Positions 1 to 12,565 of a stretch of DNA of 64,000 bases are shown piece after piece (the stretch's first letter is position 1; every line of letters starts with the position of its first letter). Origin of the DNA: Camelus dromedarius (lineage: Eukaryota); assembly GCF_036321535.1 (NCBI RefSeq), contig NC_087437.1:114764001-114828000 (forward strand). The letters run 5' to 3'. A program made the position numbers and the translations under genes. The notes under the pieces were generated by a model. That model saw nothing but the letters and a program-made list of their open reading frames with translations. It did not search any database and was not told the origin of the DNA.

Positions 1-1230
1 GAGATAGTTTGACTTCTCCCTTTCCAATTTTTATGTCTTTTATTTATTTTTCTTGCTTAATTGCTCTGGCTAGAACTGCCAATATTATGTTGAATAGACA
101 TGGTGAAATTGGGCATTCTTGTCTTGTTCTTGCTCTTAGGGGAGAAGCTTTCAGTCTCACCATTGAGTATGCTGTTAGCTGTGGGTTATTCATACACTAC
201 TGTTACCACATTGAGGAAGATTCTTTCCATTCCTGGTTTACTGTGTTTTTTTTAAAGCTTATTTTATTTAGTATTTATTTTTATCAAGCTTATATATGCA
301 CATAGTTTAGAGAGCCAAACACTTTGCTGGGGGGGGGGGGTGGAATTGGATTTATTTACTTAAATGGAGGTACTGGGAATTGAACCAGGACCTCGTGCAT
401 GCTAAGCATGTGCTCTATGACTGAGCTATACCTTCCCCTCTTTGTTGTTTTAATTATGAAATTATCTTGAATTCTGTGCAATGTTTTTTTTGCATCAAAT
501 GAGGTGATAATGTGGAGTTTTTCCCCCTTCATTCCATTAATGTGGATGGCATGTTGATTGGTTTTTACATGCTGAGTTATTCTTGCATTTCAAGAATAAA
601 TCCCACTTGGTCATAGTGTATAATCCTTTTAATATGTTGCTGAATTTGGTTTATTACTATTTGGGTTTTTTTTGCATCAATATGCATAATATTATTGGTC
701 TGTGTTTTTCTTTTCTTGTGGTTTCTGTCTAGCTTTGGTATCAGGGTAATGTCAGCCTGATAGAATAAGTTAGGAAGTGTTTTCCTCCTGTTTAATTTTT
801 TGAAAGAGTTTGGGAAAGATTAGTGTTAATTCTTTAAATGTTTGGCAGAATTCACCAGTGACTCCATCTATCCAGGTCTTTTCTTTGTTGGAAGGTTTTT
901 ATTGAGTCAATTTCCTTACTAGTTTTAAGTCTATTCAGATTTTCTACTTCTTTGTGATTAAGTTTCGTAAGTTTTGTGTTTCCAGAAATTTGTCCATTTA
1001 TATAGGTATCCAGTTTTCTGGCATACAATTGCTCATAACAGTATTCTATTTATTTCCATAAGAATAATCCTTTTTATTATAACATCACTTTTCATGTCAC
1101 CACTTCCTTTTCTAATTTTAGTAATTTGAATTTTTTTCCTTAATCAGCCTAGCTAAGGTCAGTTTTGTTGATGTTTTCCAAAGAAACAACTTTTGGTTTT
1201 GTTGATTTTCTCTATTGTTCTTCTATGTTC
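1..1230 (-). mobile_element. Degenerate LINE-1 ORF2 fragment, interrupted by a SINE
   Basis: T-rich antisense L1 ORF2-like text (e.g. ttgctctggctagaact..., gggcattcttgtcttgttc, tttggtatcagggtaatg). Boundaries approximate. Confidence 0.8.
329..438 (-). mobile_element. tRNA-Ala-derived SINE (Vic-1-like, camelid)
   Basis: Reverse complement reads GGGGAAGGTATAGCTCAGTCATAGAGCACATGCTTAGCATGCACGAGGTCCTGGTTCAATTCCCAGTACCTCC plus an AT-rich tail. Three similar copies occur in the window. Confidence 0.85.
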
Positions 1231-2553
1231 TCTTGCCCCTCCTATATTTTGAAGCAAATTCTACATAGTATATAATATCATCTGTAAATAATGTAGTGTT
1301 ATCACTGAGTATGAGATTTAAAATTTTTCATTTCAGATTTTAAATAGGATTTTAAAACACAAAAATAATACTGTTATTGTACCTTAAATATTAATCATCC
1401 TCCAATATCAAATCTATTTAGTATTCAAATTTCTTTGGTCATCTCATAATTATTTTTCCAGCTGGTTTCTTCAAGTTGGGATCCAAAAGAAAACACATAC
1501 TGCATTTGGTTGATATGTTTCTAAAGTTTCTTTAGATTTGTAAGTTGTTCTTCCTTTATTTTCTTTCTTTTTAGTTATTGAAGAAATCAGAATATTTTTC
1601 CTTTAGTTCCCTCATTTTGTTACTGATTTAATTAAAAAATCTCTTATATTTTCTATAAACTAGTAGTTGGATCTACAGAGTTAATCACATTCAAGTTCTT
1701 TTTGATTTTTTTTTGAGTTCTTAGGCAGTACTATGTTCATCCTATTGCATCACATCAAGGGGTACATATGTGTATTTGTCTCTTTTTGCTACATTAAGAT
1801 CAATTCGTGAGTTAGTTTTGTCATCCAAATCCATCCTTTATGAAGTTCCCTATCATTCTTTTACATAATGATTTTTAGCATTCATTAACAATCACCTAGA
1901 TCCATTATTTTATTAGAAGCTGTGAAATGGTGATACTCATATTTTCAATTCCTTTTGAATTGCTGGGAAATCTATAGAGAAAACCTATTTAGTTATCCTC
2001 AGGTATATGATTCATATGGAATAGGCAGGATAAATGTTTGACTCAGGTATTGTTTCCCAAATATCTTCCAAAGGTAACCAACAAGGTTTTTGTTGTTGTT
2101 GTTAATAACATTGTCAACTTTTGAATTTAACATTTTATGTGTTTCAATCCATTGTGGCCATTTTCCAATGGAAAATTGTCTTGCTCTGGCTACAGGTCTC
2201 TTCAGATTGGCTCCTATGTCCTTACTACATAATCCTTGTAGTCTTTGGTGATTTTCTTGCTTTATAGGATAATAAGGTGTTTCAGGCTCATCTAATACAT
2301 TTCCTGTTTTAGAGCTGAAAACAGTCATTTCTTCAAAATCCCCATTTTCCAGAGCTGCTTGTCAATAACTATATCACTTGAAGTCCATTTTAAATGCCTC
2401 CTTCTCTACAAACTTCCTTTGAGCCTTCAGATCGAAAATAACCTTGTCTTCAGAACTGTACAAGCACATTGTTCCTTTCACGCTCCTTTTCACTTTTTCT
2501 TTTTATTATTATTTGTGTACATGACTACAGGAGGTCCAAAGACTGTCTCTGTG

Positions 2554-3243
2554 TTTTATTTATTTTATTGAAGTATAGCTGATTTGCAATGTTTCAGGTG
2601 TACAGCAAAGAGATTCAGTTATACATGTAAATATTTTTTCTTTTTCAGATTCTTTTCCGTTATAAGTGATCACAAGATATTGAATACAGTTCCCTGTGCT
2701 ATGCAAGAAGTCCTTGTTGTTTATCCATTTTACATATAGTAGTGTGTATCTGCTAATCCCACACTCTTAATTTATCCCTCCCCTCTTCCCTTTTGGTAAC
2801 TATAAATTTGTTTTCTATGTCTGTGAGTCTACTTCTGCTTTGTAAATAAGTTCATTTGTATCACTTTTTCAATTTGTCTTTGACTTAACATTATGATCAT
2901 CTCTAGGTCTATCCATATTGTTGCAAATGGCATTATTTCATTCTTTTTTATTACTGAGTAATATTCCATTGTAAATATACACCACATCTTCTTTATCCAT
3001 TCATCTGTCATGGACATTTAGATTGCTTCCATGTCTCGGCTATTGTAAAGAGTACTGCTATGAACATTGGGGTGCATGTATCTTTTCAAATTAGAGTTTT
3101 CATCTTTTCTAGATATATGCCCAGGAGTGGGACTGCTGGATCATATGGTAGCTCTATTTTTAGTTTTTTAAGGAACCTCCATACTGTTCTCCATAATGGC
3201 TGCACAAATTTCCATTCCCATCAACAGTGTAGGAGGGTTCCCT
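2554..3243 (-). mobile_element. LINE-1 3' end (ORF2 C-terminus + 3'UTR)
   Basis: ORF 2829..3017(-) [29 protein letters not shown] matches the L1 ORF2 C-terminus, followed by 3'UTR-like sequence and a T-rich tail. Confidence 0.9.
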
Positions 3244-3759
3244 GTTATGTTTGAAACACCAGTGACCTAGACATGGCCTGATACATTTGTCTAATATTCA
3301 CTACACCAGTGAAACACTTCATAGTCTTGGCGCAGATGTTAGAATTACAGACTCCCAACCGGCCCTACAGGATGGCTCTTCATTTCCTTTTACCGGAGTG
3401 TCAATTTTCTGAGGGTAAGTCTGAGTCAGCTTTGCTCTCTGCTGTGTATTCAGGGCCAGCATAGGGTCCAGCTTACAGCAGGCTCTCAGTAATGTTTGCT
3501 AAAAGAATAAATCAACAAAGGAAGAAATGACTGAACAAATGAATCAAAGAACTCCCTTATTCTTCCACGGAAACGTCAGACCAGCAGGGAATTACAGAGC
3601 CTGCGGAAGCCAGCGGAAGCCAGCCCAGATTCGGACCACTCAGATGCAGGGGGATCGTCCTCGGCGGAGGGGGCGGGGCCTCCCGGGAATCCCGCCCGTG
3701 CGGAGGCGGGGTGTTTCTAGAGTCACGCCCACTCGGGGGCGGGGCCTGCTTGCGCGGGA

Positions 3760-3819
3760 AGCGGCGAGCGCGGCGGCGGGAGCTGGCGGCACGGGTGACT
3801 GACCACCGCGTCCCTGCAG
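3760..3819 (+). other. CHAF1B: CHAF1B non-coding exon 1 (5' end approximate)
   Basis: Donor CAG|GTACGG at 3819/3820 inside the CpG island, upstream of the ATG-containing exon. Confidence 0.6.
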
Positions 3820-3969
3820 GTACGGCCTTCCCCGCGCTGACTCCCGCGTCCCCGCGGTTTCCCTTCCAGGCCGGGCGGCGTTTGAGGGTTCCGCTGAGGG
3901 CCAGCCGTGAGGACCCGGGATAGCTCCCAGGAAGCGCGCGTTCTCGCGGCTAGTCCCAGCCCGGGGCCC

Positions 3970-4023
3970 GGCTCCGGCTCCGGCTCCGGCCCCGGCCCCG
4001 GCCCCGGCCCCGTCCCCGGCCCC
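3970..4023. repeat. Hexanucleotide array (GGCTCC)3(GGCCCC)4 GTCCCC GGCCCC
   Basis: Nine consecutive 6-bp units read directly from the sequence. Confidence 0.95.
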
Positions 4024-4134
4024 GTGCTGCCTCCTCCCCCACCAGGTTCGGTCTCGGCTTCCCGGGCCCAGAGCCCCTTCTCAAGCGGCGGAAAGGGGGC
4101 TCCCCTCTCGCCCGCGGTCTCGGACGGCTCCCCA

Positions 4135-4216
4135 GGTGGTCCTCTCGCCCGGGCGGCCTCCTCCTCCGGGCGGTCCTCTTACCCGGCAGCCCCCTCCTCC
4201 GGGCGGTCCCCTCCCC
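4135..4216. repeat. GC-rich 33-bp minisatellite, ~2.5 degenerate copies
   Basis: CCTCCTCCGGGCGGTCC at 4160-4176 and 4193-4209 (period 33). Confidence 0.8.
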
Positions 4217-4621
4217 TAGGAAGGCTCCTCCCCCGGGGCTGCCGGGCTCCTGGCTGTCAGGCTCGCCCCCCAGCCTCCCCTAAGCCGCTGGGGTCGTGCA
4301 GCCTGATCCGGCCCCTTGATTTCCACTGCCTGAGTGAACCATTTTACTTTTCCGGACGTAGCAGGAGAATAAACGTAAAACTCAGCGAATCATTTTAGGT
4401 GGAACTTGCGAGGTGTTACGTCAGAGGTCAACATTACATCCTCTCCCAGTACAGCGTGCATTTTTAATGGTTAGCAGGGTTCCTCGCTCCTAATAAGCGT
4501 TTAGAACATCGTTCCTGCTGTAATACTCAACTCGTTACCAACGATTTTCAGCATTCCTCTGTCTTTGACAAAAGGATGGTTCCTGAGGAATTTTTTTTTC
4601 TCCCTTTCAAGACTCTAGAGG

Positions 4622-4747
4622 ATGAAAGTCATCACTTGTGAAATCGCCTGGCACAACAAGGAGCCTGTGTACAGCCTGGACTTCCAGCACGGCCCTGCCG
4701 GGAGGATCCACAGACTGGCGTCCGCGGGGGTGGACACCGCTGTCAGG
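4622..4747 (+). CDS. CHAF1B: Chromatin assembly factor 1 subunit B (p60), coding exon 1 (start codon)
   Basis: [24 protein letters not shown]...VDTAVR; donor GTAAGC at 4748. Confidence 0.98.
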
Positions 4748-5190
4748 GTAAGCGGGGCGAAGACGGAAAGGCCCAGGCACGCACTACTGAAGCAGCATTC
4801 TCAATTCTTTTATTTATAACTAACGTCAACAAGCACACACTACTTAGTTATCTAGCCCAGAGGGATAAAGTCTCAGGGCTTTGAGTCAACAAAGAAAGCA
4901 AAAGAGAGCAGCTTTCTTCCTTGGGGCCCTAGACTGATGTAACTGGATGCTCATTATTTGAGAATCCTGAGCCAGGTTCCTGTTGGGGAACACTCTGCAC
5001 TAGAAAGAGCGTGGACAGCAGGCAGTGGGGCTGTAGGTTTATGTTTCAGATAGGAGTTCCTCCATTTTTTTCATTTCAACAGAAAATCTAAGTTTTCTTT
5101 CTGAAAATAAGCATGGTATTGCTTTCGTATGCACGGTGTGGTGGGTGCTCACTTTATGTTTCTCTGAATGAAATGTTTTCATATCAACAG

Positions 5191-5323
5191 ATCTGGAAGG
5201 TAGAAAAAGGACCCGATGGAAAGGCTATTGTTGAATTTTTGTCCAATCTTGCTCGCCATACGAAAGCTGTCAATGTTGTGCGTTTTTCTCCAAATGGGGA
5301 CATTTTAGCATCAGGAGGAGATG
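5191..5323 (+). CDS. CHAF1B: CHAF1B coding exon 2 (WD40)
   Basis: [53 protein letters not shown]; 133 nt. Confidence 0.98.
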
Positions 5324-6309
5324 GTGAGTATTTTACTTTGAAATTCTTTAGAAACCGGATACCTGTGTGTCTCATGTTAAATAGTGAGATTTGAGCTAGA
5401 TATACTGTTTTATTGTAGAGGTCGCTTCTGAATCTGCCATTTAGATAGTTTAGTAAAATAGTGGTGAGGGGAGCCTGAAGGGGTGGAGGCCAGTGAGCTT
5501 AAACTGCAAAGACCTGTAAAATGAAAATGGCTTCTTTCCCACTTACTCCCTCCAGGCTGGTTGGAGACAACTGAGAAGGTGCTTAATGTTCTGTCAGGGT
5601 CCCAAAGCAACTGCTCTGGCCTTGTGGGACTGTTAGTTTAGTATCTGTAAGTGATCACAGTCCGTTCCATGTCTCTGTATAATTAATGAGTTAATAGGCT
5701 TAAGGAGTCTTGTCTAAATGACCCTCTAAATTATGTTTGTTTAGTGGAAGTAGATTGAGTCACATTTTCTACTTGTGCTTAAATGGCATCAAACTGTACA
5801 GAAAAAGTAAGTCTTTTTATCGTGCTTTAAAACTAGGATAGTCTAGAAGCCAGAATAAAAATAAAGCAGGAATCTCAGATGTTGTTTGCAGAAGGAGGAA
5901 AAGAGACCTGGTTAAATTCGGTGCCCTGAGGTCCAGTGTGTGTGCAGAGGGAAAGGCGGGGAGTGGGAACATCACCTGGGGAAGGCCGGCAGGCTGTCTT
6001 CTGTGGGGTGTACAGGGCAGCGCAGGTCCTTTGCCCTTGAAGGCCCAGCAATCTGCTCTTAGTCAGCACGTAGAGAGTGTCCATCTGTCAGGGCCAACCT
6101 CATCTCAGCCAAGCTCCCAGGGTTCCAGTTAATTTAGAAGGAACACGTGTCCATAGAACCAGCTGATTCACTCTCCTTTGGGCATTCCTCAAAGGGAGGC
6201 CGAGTTGTGACCAGAAGGTTGTGTGAGGAGTGTGGAGTCAGAACGTGGGGAGTGGAGGACTCAGACACATGATGACATCAGACTAGGGTACCTGATGTGT
6301 CCATGATAT

Positions 6310-6490
6310 GAGCAGCTAACACGTACACAGGCTTACTCATGCCAGGCATTGTGTTGTAAGTGCTTTATGCATATTAACTCATTTAATCCTCACAGTAGCC
6401 CTGTGAGGTAGGCATACCGTTATTCCCATTTTACAGGAGAGGAGACCGAGGCATCAGGATGATAAGTGACTTACTTGCTGTAGGTTACAC
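6310..6490 (-). mobile_element. MIR SINE
   Basis: MIR core-like ctcatttaatcctcac...cccattttacaggagaggagaccgaggc. Confidence 0.75.
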
Positions 6491-6849
6491 ATCTCAGAAT
6501 GGTTTGCCAAGCCTTACGTCGGTGGCTCTGGTTTTTTTTTTTTTTTCCTGTTTAGCCACTTACAGGTTATGCTGTAGATCTGCAGTCAGTTGGTTTGCAG
6601 TGGGGCTTTGCTGGCCTGGGGACCCTTCTGTTTCAAGGCGACCTTGTGTAGCTCTAATCTGGTATGAGTTTGATTCTGGAGTTTTTGTTCAGAAGACAAA
6701 CCTGCTTTTCCTGCCCAGATTCTTAGAAGTAAATCGTCATGACTGTAGCGTCTATCGAACAACATAGATACTGTTTAACACCCTAAAACTCCAGACGTGA
6801 AGGCACGTGCGGTAAAGCACGGCTTCTCTTTAATCGACTTGCTCCACAG

Positions 6850-6967
6850 ACGCTGTCATTCTGTTGTGGAAGGTGAATGATAACAAGGAGCCGGAACAGA
6901 TAGTTTTTCAGGACGAGGATGAGGCTCAGCTGAACAAGGAGAACTGGACTGTCGTGAAAACGCTGAG
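6850..6967 (+). CDS. CHAF1B: CHAF1B coding exon 3
   Basis: CAG|(D)AVILLWKVNDNKEPEQIVFQDEDEAQLNKENWTVVKTL(R)|GTAACC; 118 nt, phase-compatible. Confidence 0.97.
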
Positions 6968-7352
6968 GTAACCCAGGGAGGGACGTGGGAACGGAGTGTC
7001 ATCACCGTCTGACTGCATTAAACTGCTGTGCACTTTGAGTTTCATATCTCGCTTTAAACTTTTCCTTATGCATGGCAGTAATACAAGATTAGTTTAAAAG
7101 ATAAAAACACGATTAAAACGAATTTTCCTAGTTCGTGTTATAAAATTTTCGTAGTAAACTGGGATCGGTTTTAAAGATACAAATACCCTTGAAGGTCATA
7201 GGTTATAGTTACAGCTGAGATAGCTCCAGTAGAAATGTCTAAAATCCTGTTCTGATGTATGCTCGCTGAGTTTACCTTTAAATTTTTGACATTTTTTTCT
7301 CTCCTTGAGATAAGAATTGCTTTTTCTCCTCTTTTTCCTCTTTGGAGTCTAG

Positions 7353-7456
7353 GGGCCACTTAGAAGATGTGTATGATATTTGCTGGGCAACTGACGGCAA
7401 TTTAATGGCTTCTGCCTCTGTGGATAACACGGCCATCATGTGGGATGTCAGTAAAG
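7353..7456 (+). CDS. CHAF1B: CHAF1B coding exon 4 (WD40)
   Basis: [43 protein letters not shown]; 104 nt. Confidence 0.97.
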
Positions 7457-8479
7457 GTAGCTGATACATTTTTGCTATTATTGGGGGAAGGAATATTCTA
7501 AGTGTCTAAAAAGCCTAACTTTTAAAGGCTTCAGAAGAGTTTCTCTCATGATCTGAAATAAGTGTTTGGCTGGAGAAGTTAGGGATTAGCCCCTGTGTCC
7601 TGGAGCCACCTCATTTTTAAGGGCCCTGTCAGAACGTCTGAGGTTTGGCAGTGGCGTCAGGAGTTAGCAGAGCAAGGTAACTCCCACGTGCTGGGGATGC
7701 AGACCTAACGGGGACAGGGCTGGTCCCCGCCTTCATGAACTCAGGGTCTTGGGAAGATGATCAAGCCATCATAATCACAGTGGGGCACTGAGTGCTCGAT
7801 GTTGGGGTCTGTCGGATCAGGCTTCCATTTTGGGACATTAGGGAAAGCCAAGGACACCTCGCTGCTTTGAAAGAACCTGCTCTCTAGTTGGAGGGACGGC
7901 AGACGTGTGAGAAGTCACAGTTGTGTGAAAATAGCAGTGAGATGCCAGAGGCCAGTGGTGCCTGGTACCTGCCCACTTTTCACCCCTGTGGTCCTTCACT
8001 CAAGCTTGATGTTTTCTCCCAGACCACTGCCTCACCTCCTCTTTAGTGTGCAGGCTGCTGATTCTCCTGCCGCCCAAGTGCCCAGCTCAGGAGTCAGGAG
8101 GTGGCGTTGGCATCGCCTGGGGCTGCCTTGCTGCTCTGCCTAGTTTTTGTCTACACCATAGAAGCCCCTGTTCTTCTTAGGTCTGTGCCATCTGGCTGAA
8201 CCGTCCTCTGTCTTGCCTCATCTCTGTCACAGTTTTTCTAATCGGTTCCCGATCTTTGGCAAAACGGAGGACCAGTGTCACTGTCTTCTTTTTCTCAAAT
8301 CTGGCCACATATTAGATAATTACAGTGTCCATGGACAGTCCATCCAGCACCCTCTGAAGCCAGTGGTAATGGCCTTAAACATTGCCAGCAAGCTGGGCAC
8401 TCTTGCAGGTGCTGGAAAATACGTGAACACAATGGCTACATTCTGTTGGGGCATCAGAAGAGTGAACAGACGGGTATAA

Positions 8480-9160
8480 TGCCAGGAAGTGACAGTGCTA
8501 CGAAGGGTGGGAGAGTGATAGGGGGACTGGGCAAGGCTTCTCTGAGCACTTGGTGTTTGAACAGAGACTGAAATGAAGTCAAGGAGCAAGCCATGGGAGT
8601 TATTTCGGGGAGGAATGCTCCAGCCTGTGGGAACGGCAGGTGCAGAGTCCCTGCAGCAGGAGTCACTTGTGTCCAAGGAACAGGAAATCGACCGAGTGCA
8701 GGAGCAGGGTGACGGGAGGACCTGAGGCCGGAGGGGTGCGGAGGCCGGGCTGCAGCGGGTTATAGACCATGGGAAGGGTTTCTGGTTGTATCCTAAGTGT
8801 GACTGCTTGATGTTGAAGGGTTTTGAGCAGTAATGTGATTTTATTTATGTTTTAAAAAGATGTCTTGGGGTGGTACGTGGCAAACTGATCTAGGAGAACA
8901 CAGAGGGGAGCAGGGGACCCTGTTGGTGTTATGGAAGTGATTCAGGAGAGAGGTGCCGACGGCTTGAGCTGGGGAGCTACTGATGGAAGGGGTGAGGAAC
9001 GCCTCAGTTAGGGTATAATTTGAAGAAAGAGTTGGCAGGATTTGCCGATGCGCTGGCTGTAACTCCAAGCTTTTTGACGACCATGTGAATATTGGTGGCA
9101 TTTCCTGAGGTTAGGTACGCTGGAGGAAAGAACAGTTTTGGCCAGTAGAAATCAAGACCG
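8480..9160. mobile_element. LINE-2 fragment
   Basis: L2-like purine-rich text (gagcagagactgaa-type, gggttttgagcag, gcaggatttgccgatg). Boundaries approximate. Confidence 0.55.
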
Positions 9161-10849
9161 CATCCTAGACCTCTGTCGTTTTTTTAAATTGTATAACAGG
9201 CAAAATTATTTAAAGTCAGTACATTTTTACTGAAGGAATTTCACATGTTGTGACTGCCCATCACCTTAGTTCCTCCAGAGTTTTGAATCATAATCTTCAA
9301 GCCGGCCCTTTAAAAGGAACCCCTGCTTATTCCACCGTTGTCACGTCAGTTGGTCCACAGGGCTTTGGCTGGGCTTCTTTGAAGGCCTCTGTCATTCAGC
9401 TGCTCTGTCAGTGACATCTTAAGCCAGGTGTCCTGTTCTTTCACCAGGACCGTCTCCTCCAGGTCTCTCAGCATCCCTGCTTCCCACTCGTTCTCTTCCT
9501 GGAGCCCTCAGGTCCCCTGAGCCCTGTTTCCTAGTCTGTTGGCCCCTCTGGCTCCAGTATTTTCTCTACCCAGCTTGCTCTCCAGGGTGACCACTTAGGA
9601 ACATAGTCAGTTCCCTCGGGCCCTGTTCTTCCATCGGACCCACCAAGACAGACCCCAGCCCAGGATCGGCGTTACAGTACTGGTGGTTTCCGAGTCCCGA
9701 GCCGAGCAGCACCCTGCAGACTGGGCCACTACAAATGCATCCTCACCAGCCTCAGGTGGGGTCCCGGTGTCCTCACTCCCTTTCACTTGTGAGGTCAGGT
9801 CCCCCTCCTGTTCTCTCAAGTAGCTCCCCCCAGACCTCCACAGGTCTTCACCCCCAGCTACCAGTCTCAGCAGACTCCCTGAAAAGGGCTTCAAGATGGG
9901 GAGCAGGGAGGAAAGTTAGCCTGAAATTTGTGCGGTACGTTTTACCTATGAAGGTCACTGGCAGGTCACTGGCAACTTTCAGGCTGGGAGATGTGGCCCG
10001 CGGTGGGGAGCGGAAGCCCACTGCGGAGGGCTGAGCGAGTGGAAGGTGAGATGGTTGGGGGAGTGAGTGGGGGGTGTAGCCTGCTCCCCAGAGAAGACGG
10101 CTGTGGTTTTTGTTTTTTTAAGAATGGCCAAGGCTTCCTAACTCCCTCCTCTTTTTATCCAGGTAATCTTTGCGTGCTGCTGGTTTGACCTTCTAAATAT
10201 TTTCCCCAAAGTAAACATTTTCCCTTTTCCATCCCTACTTGCATTGTTCAGGCTCTCATCTCTCACTTGGTCTCCCATCACCTCCCAACTAGTAACACTT
10301 TCTGTGCTCTTCTTAAAACATCAGCTTCATCTTTATAATGCAGGTCACTTCCCAGCTCAGCGTTCCTCTGAGCCACGCTTGAGCACCCAGAGCCCCTTCC
10401 TCACACACACACTTCTCTTACCCACTGGCGGTCTCGGTTATGTGTCAATGCTCCAGGTGCCTCAGCTGACGTTCACCCCGTGGACTTGCTCAGAATACCC
10501 TCTTCTCCCCTTCACTGGCCCCCTGCGTCCTGTCTGACCTGGAGAACTGCACTCAGAGCTCGCTCCTTCTTGACCCTCACCCCCCGCTTTGTCAGCGCCC
10601 CTCATCCTCCATGGCGCATTGCAGTGCGCATGCCTGGCGGTGGCTCTGTGCCCCTAGAAGCCGTGAGCTCCCTGGGAGGAGGGGCTGTGTGAAGTCATCC
10701 GAGGTCCCCAGGGCCTGATGGGGAGCTTGGTGCAGAGTCTTCAGCCTGCTGAATGATGGAATGGCATAAAGAAATAATACTTAAGTTATAGTTTATACCA
10801 TTTGTACTTGAGTAGGCTTTGGTAATGCTGTTGTGTGCTTTATTTGTAG

Positions 10850-10946
10850 GACAAAAGATCTCAATTTTTAATGAACATAAAAGTTACGTACAAGGAGTAA
10901 CCTGGGATCCTTTGGGCCAGTATGTTGCTACCCTGAGCTGTGACAG
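10850..10946 (+). CDS. CHAF1B: CHAF1B coding exon 5 (WD40)
   Basis: TAG|(G)[31 protein letters not shown](R)|GTAAGT; 97 nt. Confidence 0.97.
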
Positions 10947-12129
10947 GTAAGTTCATATTGGGCAAATTGTCTTCATCTCTGTTTGCCTGAAATTTTCTTC
11001 AGAGATATTTTTATTACAGCTTCACCAATATGAACCATGGTTTAGCTCTGATTTTTTTTTTGTTCTTGCTTTCATATGAAGCATTTTGTTTTACTGTTTT
11101 TCTTACAACATAATAAGAAATTGGAAACTAATTAGAACAAGAGCCTTACACAAAGTTAGTATGTAATAAATCTTTATTGAATAGGTGAGTGAATGCGGAA
11201 AGAGCTTTGAATTAAATTTGAATTTCCTGGCAACTTTTAAAGAAAAAGTCGTTTAAAAATAGGGCTTACTTAAGCAAGAAGTACCCAGTGGTAAGGTTGG
11301 ATATTTATTTCATTGTTACATTAGAGTTTACTACTGCAGTGATTTTAAAAACTCCATTTAAATTAATATGAAAATAAGATATCTTTGTCTTTTCTGAAAG
11401 GAGATCTTGTTGCTGTATTTACTTGTCTAATTAAACACAATAATTTAACTGTGTTCTAGGAACGAAGAATTTTTTTTTTTTAAATGAGATGTACGGACAT
11501 GTCACTCATCAGTCCTAATGGTCCTTTTGAACATTTATCCAACTATGTTTAACTGTAACAAACTGAATTTCAGATGGCCCTGGAATGAAAGCACTAAGGA
11601 AGAGTTAGACTTCATTTTTCATAGACTCTCCTGTAACATTCTAAATGTCATTTATTTTCCAATATGTGTGTTTTATTCAGGCAATAGGAGTGAAACAGTC
11701 TGATTAGCTCAGGGGATAATATGAATTACCAACAACCAATTTACCTGCTGGTATTTTCCTTACTCTTGCAAATCCCTGAGGGCGAGACCGTTCCACACAA
11801 AATTAACTTCATGGCAGTCATAAAGATAGTTGTGGGGCCATGTGTCTAAGACTTGAAAAGTAACGCCAGGCCTAAAGTTCATGTCACTTGACAAGTTGAA
11901 ATATTCAATAAAAAATGAAAATGTGACATATTTCCCCACTTCATTAGTGATACCCTTTTGGTTGTTAATATTTGCCTCTGTCATTCAGTTAAGTGTGGAA
12001 ATCATTCGTAAATGGGTTTGCAGGCCGAAAACCATTGAAGCAATCTTCAGTTTTGGCATTAGATTCTTTCTGTGTGAAACAGGATTCATTTACTAGAAGA
12101 GATAAATCAGACTTTTCTTCTTTGTTTAG

Positions 12130-12214
12130 GATCCTGAGGGTATACAGCACACAGAAGAAACGTGTGGCTTTTAATGTCTCAAAGATGCTGTCTGGAGTAG
12201 GTGCCGAAGGAGAG
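12130..12214 (+). CDS. CHAF1B: CHAF1B coding exon 6
   Basis: TAG|ILRVYSTQKKRVAFNVSKMLSGVGAEGE|GTATAC; 85 nt. Confidence 0.96.
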
Positions 12215-12411
12215 GTATACGATGTTTTGACATTCCGTTGTAGCAGTGCTTTCGCTGGGACTCAGGAAGTTGTGAGCTCTTCCATATCTTGTAGCTAAAC
12301 TCCTGGTCTCAAGGACCCAAATGCCTGAACTACAGCATGACATCCTCTCCGACTGCCACGTCTCAGTGCGGAGGGCTGAGCTGGGTCTAGGAGAGGGTTG
12401 GTGGTGGAGGA

Positions 12412-12565
12412 CAGTGGTTTCCAGCTCTGCCTGCTCTGTGGAATCACCCAGGAAGCATTTGAAAATATGGGTGCCTGGGTGCCACCCCCAGAGATGCAAT
12501 TCATTTGACTTGAGGTTGGCAGGGCCTCTGGGGTTCTGTGGTGCAGCAAGGGTCGAGAACTGCTG
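12412..12565. mobile_element. MER5A-like hAT-Charlie DNA transposon relic
   Basis: CAGTGGTTT left end, gaatcaccc/ccacccccagaga internal motifs, gagaactgctg right end. Confidence 0.6.

Larger units (their letters stand above)
3600..4330 (+). promoter_or_regulatory. CHAF1B: CpG island / TATA-less promoter of CHAF1B
   Basis: Very CpG-dense. GC boxes at 3670-3678, 3701-3710 and 3736-3745, E2F-type GCGCGGGAA at 3752-3760, tandem GCGGAAGCCA (ETS-like) at 3603-3622. Confidence 0.85.

Noticed and set aside
3907..4398. 163-aa Pro/Gly/Ser-rich ORF
   Set aside because: Translation of the CpG island and hexamer repeat in intron 1; GTG start; no recognisable domain.
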